Shown: piece by piece, positions 30,450-44,670 of the stretch
Layout of the letters: the number at the start of each line of letters is the position of its first letter
Numbering within the stretch: the first letter of the stretch is position 1
Source of the DNA: the human T2T-CHM13v2.0 reference genome, Homo sapiens
Assembly (NCBI RefSeq): GCF_009914755.1
Contig: NC_060941.1
Reading direction: 5' to 3' (one strand)
DNA length: 64,000 nt
Translations under genes and position numbers: made by a program
The notes under the pieces: model-generated
Told to the model about the DNA's origin: nothing
Seen by the model: the letters and a program-made list of their open reading frames with translations, nothing else
The model's database searches: none

Positions 30450-33346
30450 ATCAACATGTACTGAATATCTACTGTGTACTGGGCCCTGGTATGTGCTGAA
30501 TCAGATGCGGAGATAAATTTTTAAAACGTTATCTTCACCCTGAAACATGTGTAATGAGAAAGACAAATATGACAACAACAATAAATGATAATAATCATAA
30601 TAATAACAGCTAACAATGTACATGGCACTCCCTCTTTGCCAGAAACTGTTCTGAGCACTTCATACTCTGTAACTGATTTTAATCTTCCCAACCATTGTAC
30701 GAGGTGGGCACTATCATTATTCCTACTTTACAAGTGAGTAAATTGAGGCACAAAGGGGGATTTGTCAAAAGGGCATGGTGAGCATTAGTAGTGCATGAAA
30801 AGTGTTTACCTATGGGGCCCGAAATGTAGAAATCATAACAGGCAGGTGTTTGAAGTGAAAGGATCTTGTGCAGTGTTAACTGGTGGGTTCGTTCCCCTGT
30901 CTTTTCTCTATTCCCTGCTTGACCCTTCTGCTACTTAGGATCAGCCACACACACCCAGTGGGAGGGAAGGGATTTTCTGTAGCGAGCAGAGAATGCTTTA
31001 GGGTTTGGAAACTTAAAATCCATGGCTGTGAGATGACCCAGGACCTAGAAAAAAGTGGGTGAGTTAGAACCAGTTTTCCCACCACCAGGGAAAGAGGAGA
31101 GTAAGAAGAGAAATGAGGCATGCGTAGATCTTCCTGAGAAAGGCAGTTATGACACCCTGTTCCCCATTTGAGCTAGATGTTCAGAGTTCTGGGGATCAGG
31201 CCCCAGAGCAGGAATGGCCCGTGTGCATGGTTGATGTGCCAGCCTGAAATGGCCCTGGGCATGATGAGTGAGCGGATGTGCCTGGGGTTTAGAAGTGCTT
31301 TGAGTTTGTGAGCAGGTGGAAGTAGAAGGGGTCCGAGCCAGCACGGTGCAGACAGCAGAATGCATGTCCACCTTCCTAGGAGAAGAGTGGAAGTAAACAG
31401 TCACAGGGCCCGAAGGGTCCCCTAGAATGAGAGCAAGGAAAAAAGCAGCCTGGAGGAAATAATGCCTCAGGACCAGGACAGGGAGTGGATGCCTCACGGC
31501 TGCTGCAAGAAACAGTGGAGTGAAGAGGCCAGAATGGAAGTTCCTTGAGGCAGGGATTCCTTTCTGTTTAGGCTCCATACTGTGGGCCTAGGTCAGATAA
31601 TAGGTGATCCGTCAATATTTGTTAAATGAATGACCTTAGGTGTGCTACCTCTGGAATCAGGCCTTTGGTTTTAAATCTCAGCTCTGCCTCTTCCTAGCCA
31701 AGTAATCCTTTTGTAAGCCCCTTACCTTCTCTGTGCCTCATCTATAAAATGTGGGTAAAAATCATACGGATCACTACTGATCCAAGATATCAAAAGATGG
31801 AACACAGATGAAGCTTTTAGTGTCTGGCACAGCGGAAGTGCTCACTAAGTATTTGCTCCTGGTCTCATGAGATGCCACTGCCCCCGCCTTCTTGCCTTAC
31901 ACCTTGGCATTACACTAAGTACTCCCTCTCCTGACCCCTCCTAACTTCGATATTAACCCTGAAGAAAAGATGGGGACTCCAGAATAGGCTAAGATCAAGC
32001 TTCCGCCACCACAATACAATGGAGACTCCTGGCAGAACTTAAGCTAAGAGCTTTAAAAAAAGTTAAACTTCTTGCACAGCTGATGTTGCAGGCTCATTTT
32101 CATATTCAAGAATAGCTCAAACCTTTGAAAAGTAGGCATCCCTAGGAGGCCCTTTCTAGCATTTTAAGTTGAACAGTTTTCTCCCACATAGGCGTGTGTA
32201 CACAGAGAACAACTGACCTCTCACCTTACTCGCCTTTCTAGAAAAGCACAGTTATCCGAGGAGTTATCTTTTGCAGGTGCTGCTAGATAAAACTCAACTT
32301 TAAGGCAAAGAGGCCAAGTCTAGGAAACAGGTCTCTGTCCTTCCTTTCCCTTACTGTATCCTCATGAAAGACCCCTGGGCTTTCCTGAGGAAATTCAGCA
32401 CACACAGTTTTATTTCATATTAAGATATGTCCTCCTGAAGGTGAGTGATAAATGTGATCATTAATTTTTTATTGAAAAAAATAATCTGGATTTACCTGGC
32501 TTCTCAGTTATCTAAATGGCAATTGGATGACCAACCTTCCTATTTGCCTGAGAGTGGCCTCATTTTAGCACTGAAACCCCTCAGCCCTGGACAAACAAAG
32601 ACGACGATCTAAATGTCCTTGACAAACCCTAAATGCCGGTGACATCTCAGGTAGACTTGTTGGCCCAAGGGAGTGTTTGGAGATTTTTGTTTTGGATGGA
32701 AAAGGAAATGTACTCCTTTGGAATCAGAAGAGCTCACCATCTAGGAACGAAATATGACATGAATTCCTCCCAGTGCATTCTGTACTCTGCTCAGGATTGG
32801 CAAGCCTGGCCCCAAAGACCCTGCAGAGGGAGATACCTGGAAATGCCTCATTTGACAAGGAGGCAATGGGAGGGCAGAGAGGAGGAGACTGCTGTAAATA
32901 GGTCCATGTGGCAAGTCTGTAAACTCTGTCTTCACATCTTTCCCATAGAGTCCCTTGATTTTGGTCAGACTCTAGACCCCCATGACAAACCCCTGCTGCC
33001 TGCACAGGGTGGGCCTGTGTCCCCTCCTTTACCAAGTCAACCTACCTGTGTGGGACACTGTGATTTGCTCCCAGGCAAAGGAGCAGCCCCTGGCATAGAG
33101 ACTCCCCCCAGGACACACGGACCGGCTGCCAAGCCTGTACGACATTTTAGTGGCATTTTCAAACCACATGGAGTAGGCTCACTGAATGCCTAGTGAATTT
33201 CCAGTCACAGAGAATGCAGCACAGCCTGTTCTGCACCTCGTGGGCTGCTGCGAGAGCTCAGCCGGGCTGCAGACACTTGGTGCTTCAGGGTTGGATTCGG
33301 AGGCTGCAGAGCTCCTTGCATGGGTGGGTCCCTGGGCAGCTGGCCT

Positions 33347-33490
33347 CTCTGCATGGCTGGGATGGAGCCTATCAGCCACCACACTCCTCACCCCGGTGCC
33401 AGTGCCTCTGCCTGGCCACAGCAGCAAAGAATATCCCTCAGCCTCTCCTTTCTTGAGAGCTATAGGGAGGATTCCTTTTAGACACGTGGG
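33347..33490 (+). repeat. Copy 1 of a ~143-bp local direct repeat
   Basis: Matches 33761-33901 with 5 substitutions and a 3-bp indel. Confidence 0.95.
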
Positions 33491-33549
33491 ACGGAAAAAC
33501 TTCCTTAACTCTCAGAAATGGATTTCTTCTTTCCCAAGGGCACGATAGA

Positions 33550-34362
33550 CAAGGCTGGCCAAATAATTTGTGGGCTCAGTGCAAAATGAAAATGTGGGGC
33601 CCTGGGAAGTCAATGTCCCCTTTCCATGCACTTGCTGCCCCACCCACGGTGGACAGGTGACCCCCAGGGACTGCAAGCTCTGTGCTGGGGCATGATTGGT
33701 ACCAGGATCCGGGGTGGACACGAGACCTCTGCCAAGTTTGCAGCCAAAGGTGACCTGCCACTCTGCATGGCTGGGATGGAGCCTCTCAGCCACACTCTTC
33801 ACCCCGGTGCCAGTGCCTCTGCCTGGCCACAGCAGCAAAGAATATCCCTCAGTCTCTCCTTTCCTGAGAGCTGTAGGGAGGATTCCTTTTAGACACGTGG
33901 GGCACTTCCAACCAGAGGTGGGGACGACCACCACCTTGTCCTGCACCAACACACAATGGGGCACACACCTCTTATCCTACCCACATCTATGCCCAGGTCC
34001 CTGTGGCAGGGCAGAGAGTGATGGCAGGGTGGTGGCCTCCCTCTGCTGATACCTCCCTGGGTGGAGGGTGGTGGCTGTTGTAGAGCAGGCAAGGGAAGGG
34101 GAGGCGGGGCCAGCGTAGCCCACCAGGGGACAGGAAGGTGACAGGCAGCAGGCAGCAGGAACAGACTGTGAGCAGAGGCTCCAAATCCCCATTATATGCT
34201 CCATTGGGATGTCAGATTTCACTTACAAAACACAAATTCAAGGATAAAATACTGAAGAATTTCAAAATGGCAACCTCAGGGCACTACTCCCAAGTATGGG
34301 GCCCTTTGGAGTACAGGGCCTTGTGCAACTTCACTGGCTGCTGACACATGAAGCTGGCCCTG
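33550..34362. mobile_element. MER45B/C (hAT-Tip100) element
   Basis: Ends caaggctggccaaataatttgtgggctcagtgcaaaatgaaaatgtggggccc ... catgaagctggccctg; internal ttcacttacaaaacacaaattcaa motif. Confidence 0.8.
33761..33901 (+). repeat. Copy 2 of the ~143-bp direct repeat, inside MER45
   Basis: See copy 1; it interrupts the MER45 internal sequence. Confidence 0.9.
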
Positions 34363-34907
34363 ACAGTGGGAATTTGCTTCCTGTGCTTCCTCTGGGAAGC
34401 TCAGAGCCAAAATGAATGGCTTGTTTTGAATAACTGTGGAGGACCTGGAGCTTGCATAGCACATTCCAACTTGGCTCTAGTCTTGATCTTCAGATTGTTC
34501 AACATTCTGCTTTTGACTTTTGTTTTTCATTGTCTTATTTATATGCTAAAAGGATGTAATATTATAAAAAGTTTCAAATCCTTTGTCAAGTGAGAGAGAT
34601 AACAAAAAATGAGATATTTTCCTTCTTAACCTTCGCTTGGGTCCTCAATGTAAAGAGATCATTTTGGTGATGGGAGGGCAGCTGGAAAATCTGCACCACC
34701 ACAGCTAATCTGATTAATTGAGAGGATATTTGCAAATGCACATTAAAATACAATATTGATCCACCCTTGGTAAAAACGTGTATAAATTGTTTTCCAGTAG
34801 TGATGGATTTGCAGGGAGCCAATTGCACCCTCCCAATCCATCTCCCATGTAAACATTTTAGAAACACCTAGCCAGCATCTCCATTACAACAACATTAAGC
34901 AGTTCCC

Positions 34908-35403
34908 ATATTAATTATCTATTGCTGCATAACAAATTACCCCCAAACTTAGCAGCTAAAAACATTTATTATCTCATAGTATCTGAGGGTCAGGAATCCA
35001 GGATCAGGTTTGCAATGAGTGGTCTCTCATGAGATTGCAGTCACGATGTTGGTTGGGCTACAGTCATCTGAAGGCTAGATTGGGGTTGGAGATTTGAGAT
35101 GATGGACTTACAAAGCTGTTGGCCAGAGGTCTCAGTTCCTCACCATGTGGACCTCTCCATAGGCTGCGTGAGTGTCCTCATGACATGATAGTTAGCATGA
35201 CCTGGAAAGAGTAGTCCAAGAAAGAGAGAACTAGAAGGAAGCCCCAGCATCTTTCAAGATCCAATCTCTTGCCATCATCCTCAATATTCTATTTGCTCAA
35301 AGCAAGTCATTAAGTCCAGCCTGCCCACAATGGGAGCGGAGTTAGGGATGACCTCTTGGAGGAAAGAGTACCAAATAATTTGTGGACGTATTTTAAAACC
35401 ACA
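34908..35403 (-). mobile_element. MLT1 (MLT1F-like) solo LTR, ERVL-MaLR
   Basis: tattgctgcataacaaattacccccaaacttagc...gtcatctgaaggct...ttttaaaaccaca. Confidence 0.8.
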
Positions 35404-35875
35404 GTTTCCCGAAACATTAAGTGGCTGGACCATAAATGAATTTCCACAAAGGTTGGTTCTAGTAATCACACAGTAGGAAAAGCTTGGACTGTGGGTCACA
35501 TCTGAGTTTGAAACCAAGACTTGCTCCTGACTAGTCTGTGGGATCTGGACAAAATGATCATCTCCGAACCTTAGTTTCTTCATCTGTAAAATGAAGATAA
35601 TAATAGTAATTCTTTCATAGAGTTATTATGCTAATAATATCTAAATGAGATGGCCCTGCAGGGTTGGATCCAACCTGAGGCTTTTACAGTTTGATGGGGC
35701 TTTCTTTAAGGAAACAGGATGGAAAATTATAATAAGTTAGGTACAAAATGAGCATTTATTTACAATTAGAATTGACAAGAATTATATATTTTAAAAGCCA
35801 ACAAATAGCATAAATATCACAAATCCAAGAAAAAATTAACTACCTGAACAAAGCTCTTTCAAATACTTTCTTTCC

Positions 35876-36200
35876 GATGAAATCATATCCTTTGCAGTGA
35901 CATGGATGCAGCTGGATGCCATAATCCTAAACAAATTAATGCAGAAACAGAAAACCAAATCCTGCGTGTTCTTACTTATAAGTGGGAGTTAAACAATGGG
36001 TGTGCATGAACGTAATGATGGAAACAATAGACACTGGGGACTCCAAAATGGGGGAGGAAGGACGGGAGGGTGGGTAGAAAAACTATCTATTGGGCACTAC
36101 GTTCACTATTTGGGTGGGGTTCAAGAGAAGCCCAAACGCCAGCATTACACAATATATCTTTGTAACAAACCTGCACACATACCCCCAAATCTAAAATTGA
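35876..36200 (+). mobile_element. L1 (L1PB/MA-like) 3' end
   Basis: gaaatcatatcctttgcagtgacatggatgcagctgg...aacaaacctgcaca; TSD aaatactttctttcc at 35861-35875 and 36539-36553. Confidence 0.88.
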
Positions 36201-36207
36201 AATACTT

Positions 36208-36563
<356 letters not shown>

Positions 36564-37087
36564 CTAAATGCTGTTTGATCACTCCCTACAATGACAAAGA
36601 TTTTGTAATATTGTCCATAGCCAGAAGAGAAGTATAATTCAGTCTTTTAATAGCACGGTTCATCAAAAGTTGGTTTTGATTACTGGGAGCTTATTATTCA
36701 GCGCCACTAATCATTATTTGTAATGTCATGCACATTTTTAGGATTGTTGTCAAATTTGGGAAAACCTCTCTGAGGTTTCTTTTATTTATGAGCTCAGGGT
36801 ATTTCAGGTGTTCTTGTGTAGTCAATTGGTGGCACTCATTAACCGGGGCCACAGGAGGGGCTTGACGCTTCAGCTTCTCTGTAAATCCTCTCCTGGAAGC
36901 AGGTCAGTGTGTGTAGGGACCTGGCCTGCAGTAGGTGCACAGGAAGTGGAGGAAGCCTGGAGACAACCTTCATCTTCCTGCTCCATTGCCTCAGGTGGAG
37001 TAGGGGATTTCCCACCCTGGACTCAGCTTCCTCTTTCTCCAGTAGCCCATCAGGGCCTGTGAGAAGGTGGTGATAAAAATACACCAT

Positions 37088-37403
<316 letters not shown>

Positions 37404-38048
37404 AAGAAACACTGCTTGTTATGATGCAGTGGAAAGAACCCTGGACTCAGAATTAAAAAACCTGGGTGTGAGTCCTGTCTTTGTCACTTATCAGCTGTGT
37501 GACTTTTGGCAAATTACCCAAACTCTCTGTGTCTTCGTTTCCTCATCTCTGAGATGGGTGAACCTGTGCCAGCCTCATGGTTGTAGAGATGAAAGGCAGG
37601 ATATAAGTAAAGGGGCTTTGTAAATTCTAAAGCAATTTTACTAATGTAAATGATTTTTATTTTGGTACCTGGAAGAGTTACTGAGGAATCAGATGGGTTA
37701 CTATCCAATGCCTATGAGCATCTTAAGGTCTTTGTTGTCTGTGGCCTAAAGCAATGGGAAATTCAAGTTGGACTTTAATCAAAAGGATGGCAAAATTGCC
37801 AATGATTTCCACAAAAATGTACTGAGCCCCATCTGTTGGCCATAGTTTGTGCTAGAGATGGGGATTTAAAGACAGATGAGACACAGTTCTGGCCCTTCAG
37901 GGAAGGTAGTGCTGGTAGATGGAACTCCAGAAGGGCATCTGGAGGGTGGATTTAGCCCCTGAGCCTTCTAACTTTATAATCTGGGCCTCCCTGCACCTCC
38001 GTGTCTCCTTCTGCAAAGGGGCGGTGCGCTCTCTGTGTGAGCAGGTGT

Positions 38049-38116
38049 GGAAACAAGTGAGTTAAAGCTGGCAGATCTTGGAGGAAACAAGTGAGTTAAA
38101 GCTGGTAGATCTTGTA
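38049..38116. repeat. 34-bp tandem duplication
   Basis: ggaaacaagtgagttaaagctggcagatcttgga / ggaaacaagtgagttaaagctggtagatcttgta. Confidence 0.93.
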
Positions 38117-40875
38117 GGATGCTTGGACAGGTGTCTGACAAAGCCATCAGAGGGTTGAAGCCATCTGAGACTGGCTGTTCTCCTTGGGGAATTTTCAGGC
38201 AGCTTTGAAGTGCCGCCAGGACAAGGGAGGCCACCCCATCCTGGAGGTGCATTCACTTGTAATTTACTCCTCCACGTGGGCTCTGGAACTCCACTCTCAT
38301 AAATACATCACCCACTCTGGCTCGCCCTGAGTAAAGGCAGGCTGACAGGAGAAGGGGGGCCGGAGGGGAGGAATCACTAAATTAAGAAGGTCCCTGGGGG
38401 TGGGTGGCCTACAGACACGATTGAGACTCCTGAGTCTCTCCCCTTAGAGCATAAATATTTCCAACTAAGATCACAGACTCCCTGATCATAAAATCAATGA
38501 AACCACAAGGGAAAATGATCTCCTGCATGACTGCCCCAGAGATATCTCAGAGTCCTTTCCCCTCCTGCAGAAGCGATTGTTCCGGGGCTCAGGATTTGAA
38601 ATCCAGGCAAGACTGTTGAGAATTTGATGGAGAGAGAACATCAGTTGGGTTGGGTGCAGGACTATCCTGTTCTACTGCAGAATTTAGAACAGAAGCTATG
38701 TTCTGCTATGGGTCTGTGCAACACCTACTGCAACATGAGAATTTTTCTGAAAGTCAGAAGACCTGAGTTCAAGCTCTAGCCCTTCTAATTACTGGCTGAG
38801 TGTCCCTTGGCAGTAGACTCTCTAAGCCCAGTTTCCTCATCTATTAAAAGAAGGATAATAACGCAAGGTCTGCCTGCCATATTTGGGAGGTAACAACATC
38901 AAAAGAGGTCTGTCTATGCAAATGTTTTGTAAACTATAAAGCTCTTGATAAATAACATGTTTTATTATTAAAAGATAAAAAGCACCAATTCTGCTAGTGA
39001 ACCTATGAGAACTCCTTATGCTATGACAGAAGCTGTGGCTTAAACGAGGGGATATTCTGACTTACATGATTGAGAAGGGCTAAGGTGGGACTGATTCAGA
39101 GAAGACTAGATTCAAACAATGTCACCAAGGCCAGCCTCTCCCCCTCTCCTTGCTCTGCCTTCTGTGGTATTAGATTTGGCTTCATCATCCAGTTTCATGG
39201 GTCTTTGTGGTCACAAATGTCCACAGTGACTGCAAGTCACATGTCTTCACACGATGCCATCCAGGGGAAGAGAGGTCTCTTTCCAGTAACTTCTGCTGAA
39301 GACAGATGGAGAGAGGAATGAGAAACTCTTCTTTTTCCAGACTTAGTACATGTATCAAATTTCACTGGCTTTCTTTATATAGGTGGGGGCATGTCAATTG
39401 CCTTAAGAGAATCAAGGCCCATCCCTCGATTTTTGCATAGGACTGGGATGCCAACCCAACCACATTTGGAAGAGGCTATTTTATCAGAAGACTGAGTGGA
39501 GGCTGGGTTGCAAAAACAACATATGTCTAGTACAGTCTACCCCCTCTAGCTGCCCAAAAGCCACACTTACCTCTATCTCCATAAACATGCCTTCAAAAAT
39601 ATCCACCCTCCACACCAAACCCAATCAACCTCTTTCCCTCAAAGAGACAAGCCATGATTTTATCCAGTTCTGGTTCTCTGGGTGATGTGTGGTCCTCATA
39701 CATGGATCTCTTATTGGTCTCCTGTGGTCCACTAAGGTTAAGTGGTAAATTTAATCAGCACTCAGTAGACAGTGGTAGAGAGAGAACAGGGAAATTGCAG
39801 TAATAACTCTCCTTTGGAAAACGAAAGAATAGGAAACAACTCCTAGTGGTCACTGGCCCATAGCCCATATCTGACTCTGCCAGAAATCACATGGACTTGG
39901 TCTCCTGGGAGCAAATAAGTGACTTCCCCCAGCTCTGCCCTCTGCAAGGCTTCCCTTTGCCTGTTGGCTTCTGGGGCCCCTGCTTGTCTGTCTGGGAAAA
40001 TCTGTCCTGTGGATTGTCCTTCATGGGACCCTGTGACATGCACATTGAGGAGGGGTACCCCTTTCTGGGAGCTGCTCTGTTTCAGCAGCTCTCTCTCTGT
40101 TGATGTGAGTTTGGAAGCCTGGAATTCACTATCCTAGGCCATTATAGGCCAGGCTTGAGGATTATTTGGCAAAATGACACCCTTAAAAAGTTAACAAGGT
40201 CCTGGTCTATTTGCTCCTGGCTAATGCCATGGAGAGTACCCAGAGTCAGAGATCTTATCATGTCATACTTTTTGAAACAAAACACTCCCTGGGAATATCA
40301 ACCTCCTAGCATGGGGCCCAGTGCTCTGGCCATCCCCTGATCCCTTCAATTTGATGCTTCTGTCTTGGCCTCAACTGGAGAAAAGCCAAAATAATAGGGT
40401 GGGTGGGGAGGACTCAAACTACTCATTCCTCATAATAACAACAAAAATATTAGGAGTAACGTGTATTGATTGCTTACTACGGGGCAGGCACTGTTCTAAA
40501 GTCTTTATATGTATTATTAACTCACTTAATCTTCATAAGCAGCCCTGTGAGACAGGAACTGTTACCATGCACAATTTGGGAAAACTATTCATGGAGCAAT
40601 AAAGTAACCTGCTAGTAAGAGGCAGAGTGGGGATTCAACCCCAGGGGGCCTGGGCCCGCAGTCCTCGTGGAGCAATAATCCCTGTTGTGTGCTGCTATCG
40701 GGCTGCATCCTGCTGCATCTTCCCAAGGGCAGTGTTGACTTCTTTGTTCAAGGCATAATAGGAGGTGCTTGGGAGGGCTGCCTCTCAGGCCTCAATCTTA
40801 TTTCCTGTTTGGTTCCCATGTTCCTGCTTTTCTTTTGCTCACTTTATGTTTCCTATTATATTGTATTGTATTTTA

Positions 40876-41152
40876 TATGGGGTCTCCCTCTGTCACTCAG
40901 GCTGGAGTGCAGTGGTGTGATCATAGCTCCTGCAGCCTTGAACTTCTGCACTCAAGTGATCCTCCTGCCTCAGCCTCCCTAGTAGGGGGGGAAGACACGT
41001 CACCATGCCCAGCCAATTAAAAAAAAATTTTTTTTTTTTGTAGAGGTAGACTCTCACTATGTTGCCCAGGCTGGTCTTGAACTCCTGGCTTCCAACTATC
41101 TACCTGCCTTAGTAAACTACTGGGATTATAGGCAGAAGCCACCATGGCCAGC
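40876..41152 (-). mobile_element. Alu (AluJo-like)
   Basis: Diverged reverse Alu dimer. Confidence 0.88.
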
Positions 41153-41292
41153 TCTTTTGCCAACTTTGAGGGTGAAGAAAGGAGCTTTTCCTATACTCCC
41201 GGACAAATGGAACAGCAGGCCAGTGGCAAAAAAGGCAACTCTTAGCAAGCCTGCTATTTTCTCTTGTCTCTTGCTTTTAGATGGGCCAGTTT

Positions 41293-41919
41293 TGTTATTG
41301 GAAGTGAGTCCCAATCCAGACCCCAGGAGAGGGTTTTTGGATCTTGTGAAAGAGAATTCAGGGTGAATGCATACAGTGAAAGCAAGTTTATTAAGAAAGC
41401 AAAGGAATAAAAAATGGCTACTCCATAGGCAGAGCAGTAGCATGAGCTGCTGGTTGGCCATTTTTATGGTTATTTCTTGATTATATGCTAAACAAGGGAT
41501 GAATTATTAATGAGTTTTTCAGGAAAGGGGTGGGTGCTTTCCAGAACCGAGGTTTTCTCCCCTTTTTAGACAGTATATGGTAACTTCTTGACGTTGCCAT
41601 GGCATTTGTAAACTGTTAAGGTGCTGGTGGGAGTGTCTTTTAGCATGCCAATGCATTATAATTAGCGTATAATGAGCAGTGAGGACGACCATAGGTCACT
41701 TTTGTCACCGTCTTGGTTTTGGTGGGATTTGGCAGGCTTCTTTACCACATGATGTTTTATCAGCAAGGTCTTTGTGACTTGTATCTTGTGCTGACCTCGT
41801 ATCTCATTCTGTGACTAAGAATGTCATAACCTCCAGGGAATGCAGCCCCGTAGGTCTCAGCCTTATTTTACCCAGCTCCTATTCAAGATGGAGTTGCTCT
41901 GGCTCAAACGCCCCTGACA
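41293..41919 (-). mobile_element. MER41B solo LTR (ERV1)
   Basis: TG...CA ends; minus strand begins tgtcaggggcgtttgagccagagcaactccatcttgaatagg; 4-bp TSD gttt at 41289-41292 and 41920-41923. Confidence 0.9.
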
Positions 41920-42749
41920 GTTTCAGTCTAATCTTACCTCTTGCTTGGAAGACCTTACTGAAGAAGTTGTCAGCACACTCCAAAATCCAAAACTTTTTTT
42001 TTTTTTTACAACATCCTTTAGTGTTAAAGCCTCAGGAAGCATATAGTCTAAATCTCAGGACTTACTAGCCAATGGTTTAACCAGCCATTTACTATAACTT
42101 AACAAAGAATTACTAAATTCTCAGATATCAATTATTTCTTTTCACTCAAATGCTTCCACTTAGCCTTGCAACATCCCACTTCTGGTATTAGATTCTGTAT
42201 CAGTGAGGAAACTTTTGGTAGTAAAAAATTTTAAGCAAAAAATAAAGATGTTGGAAGGCTCCCAGAGGCTCAAAGAATCATCAGGAGACTGGAGAGCATG
42301 GCTGGAAAACCTCAGCAGCCATCCTCTCGAGGAACTGCCTGGTCAGTGCGGGGCAGGGTGGCATGGTGCTGTGGCCAATCCCTGCTTATTTTCTCTTTGC
42401 TCAAGATTCCAATGCCTGGGAAAGAACATCAGACTGATCAAGCTTAGGCCACCCGCCCACCTCTCAGCTAGGAGTAAGTAGAACCACCAACCTATGCCTG
42501 GTGCAGAAGAGGTGATTCCAATAAAGGAAACTAGGATGCTGTTAGGGATGGGGAGTAAATGTGGGGCAGTTCTAATCCAACAGACTTCCCTTACACCTAG
42601 TGATGTTGGTTACATGGTACTGTAGACGTTATTCCATTCAGTCATGGCAGTTGGATCAAAATGAGAATGAGTTGGAGAGTTCTATAGGAAGTCAAATAGT
42701 AGTTAGGTGGTAAGACTTAAGCTGTTAGGGGTTAAAATGTAACAGAACA

Positions 42750-43052
<303 letters not shown>

Positions 43053-43101
43053 GTAACAGAACAAAATTTTTATTTAATTAATGTCAGTTTCGGTTTTTAA
43101 A

Positions 43102-43371
43102 AATCCCAGCACTTTGGGAGGCCGAGGTGGGTGAATCACAAGGTCAGGAGATCGAGATCATCCTGGCTATCATGGTGAAACCCAGTCTCTACTAAAAATA
43201 CAAAAAATCAGCAGGGTGTGGTGGCGGGTGCCTGTAGTCCCAGCTACTCCAGAGGCTGAGGCAGGAGAATGATGTGAACCCAGAAGGCAGAACTTGCAGT
43301 AAGCCAAGATTGTGCCACTGCACTCCAGCCTGGGCGACAGAGCTAGACTCCGTCTCAAAAAAAAAAAAAAA
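43102..43371 (+). mobile_element. 5'-truncated Alu (AluY/Sc-like)
   Basis: Starts at aatcccagcactttggg; A tail. Confidence 0.92.
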
Positions 43372-43382
43372 TCTTTTAAGCA

Positions 43383-43521
43383 TTTTTATTTTTTTTTCTT
43401 TTTCTTTTTGTAGAGACAGGGTCTCCATATGTTGCCCGGGCTGGTCTTGAACTCCTGGGCTCAAGCGATCCTCCCATCTCGGCCTCCCAAAGTGCTAGGA
43501 TGACAGCCACCACACCCAGTC
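43383..43521 (-). mobile_element. Alu monomer (FLAM-like)
   Basis: Reverse left arm. Confidence 0.85.
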
Positions 43522-44313
43522 TGTTTGGTTTGTTTATTTAGGTATTTGTCTCTGAGGGGCAAATGCAAATGCATCTAGCAGCCAGCAAGGCATTATGTTC
43601 TCAGAAGCTAGTTATTCACTCCCTTACTCACCCACCCATTTAATTGATCACTGAATCAGAACTTATTGAACAGTTTCTTAGTCCTGGGCAATGTCTAGCA
43701 GCTAAGTAGATACAAACATAGATGACATAATTTCTGTCCTCAGGTGGCAATGAGTGACAGTAGTAGTAGAGATATTTTAGTCTACTTAGAAGGCATGGTT
43801 CAATGTGAAGGCTCTGAAGTCAGACATAGAAGAGTGCAGTGTTGGGTTCAAATTCTGGCTGTGTGACTTTGAGCAAGTTACATAATCTCTTCAAATCTGT
43901 TTTCTCATCTCCCTAATGGGGATAGTTACTAATTCAAAGCATCGTTATTCTTATCAAATTGATTCATAAATTCAATGCAATTTCATTCAAAATCCCAGCA
44001 TGTGCTTTAATGAAAATCGATAAGCAGTGGGAGTCTAAAATATGCATAGAAATGCAAATAGCCATGATAATCCTGAAGCAAAACAGAGCTGGAAGGATTA
44101 TACTACTGCATATCATGCCTTATTGGAAGTTACAGTAACTAAGATAGTATGGTATTATGGACCCAAAATAGACAAACGCATGAATAGAATAGAGGGTCTA
44201 GAAGTGAACTGACACGTATAGGCCACTTGATTTATGATAAAGATAATATTTCAGAGCAGTTGGAAAAGATTTTTTTAGACAATGTCCTTTTATGTATGGC
44301 TTATTTCACTTAG

Positions 44314-44670
<357 letters not shown>

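Larger units (their letters stand above)
38990..42590 (-). mobile_element. Ancient MaLR (MLT1J/K-like) LTR-internal-LTR remnant, interrupted by MIR, AluJ and MER41B
   Basis: MLT1-type LTR ~38990-39532, MLT1-int motifs from cagtctacccc (~39533), second LTR-like segment from tgtatcagtgagg (~42196). Boundaries approximate. Confidence 0.5.

Noticed and set aside
33347-33901. Direct repeats as LTRs of a miniature retroelement or as a CRISPR-like array
   Set aside because: No TG...CA ends, PBS, PPT or TSD; only two copies; the spacer is mostly MER45.
32633-34049. Run of 117-186 aa ORFs
   Set aside because: No recognisable domains; similarity between two of them is explained by the 143-bp duplication and GC-rich MER45 sequence.
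34117-34133. CTCF-like ccaccagggggac
   Set aside because: Lacks the GGCRC end of the core and lies in decayed MER45; weaker than the two reported sites.
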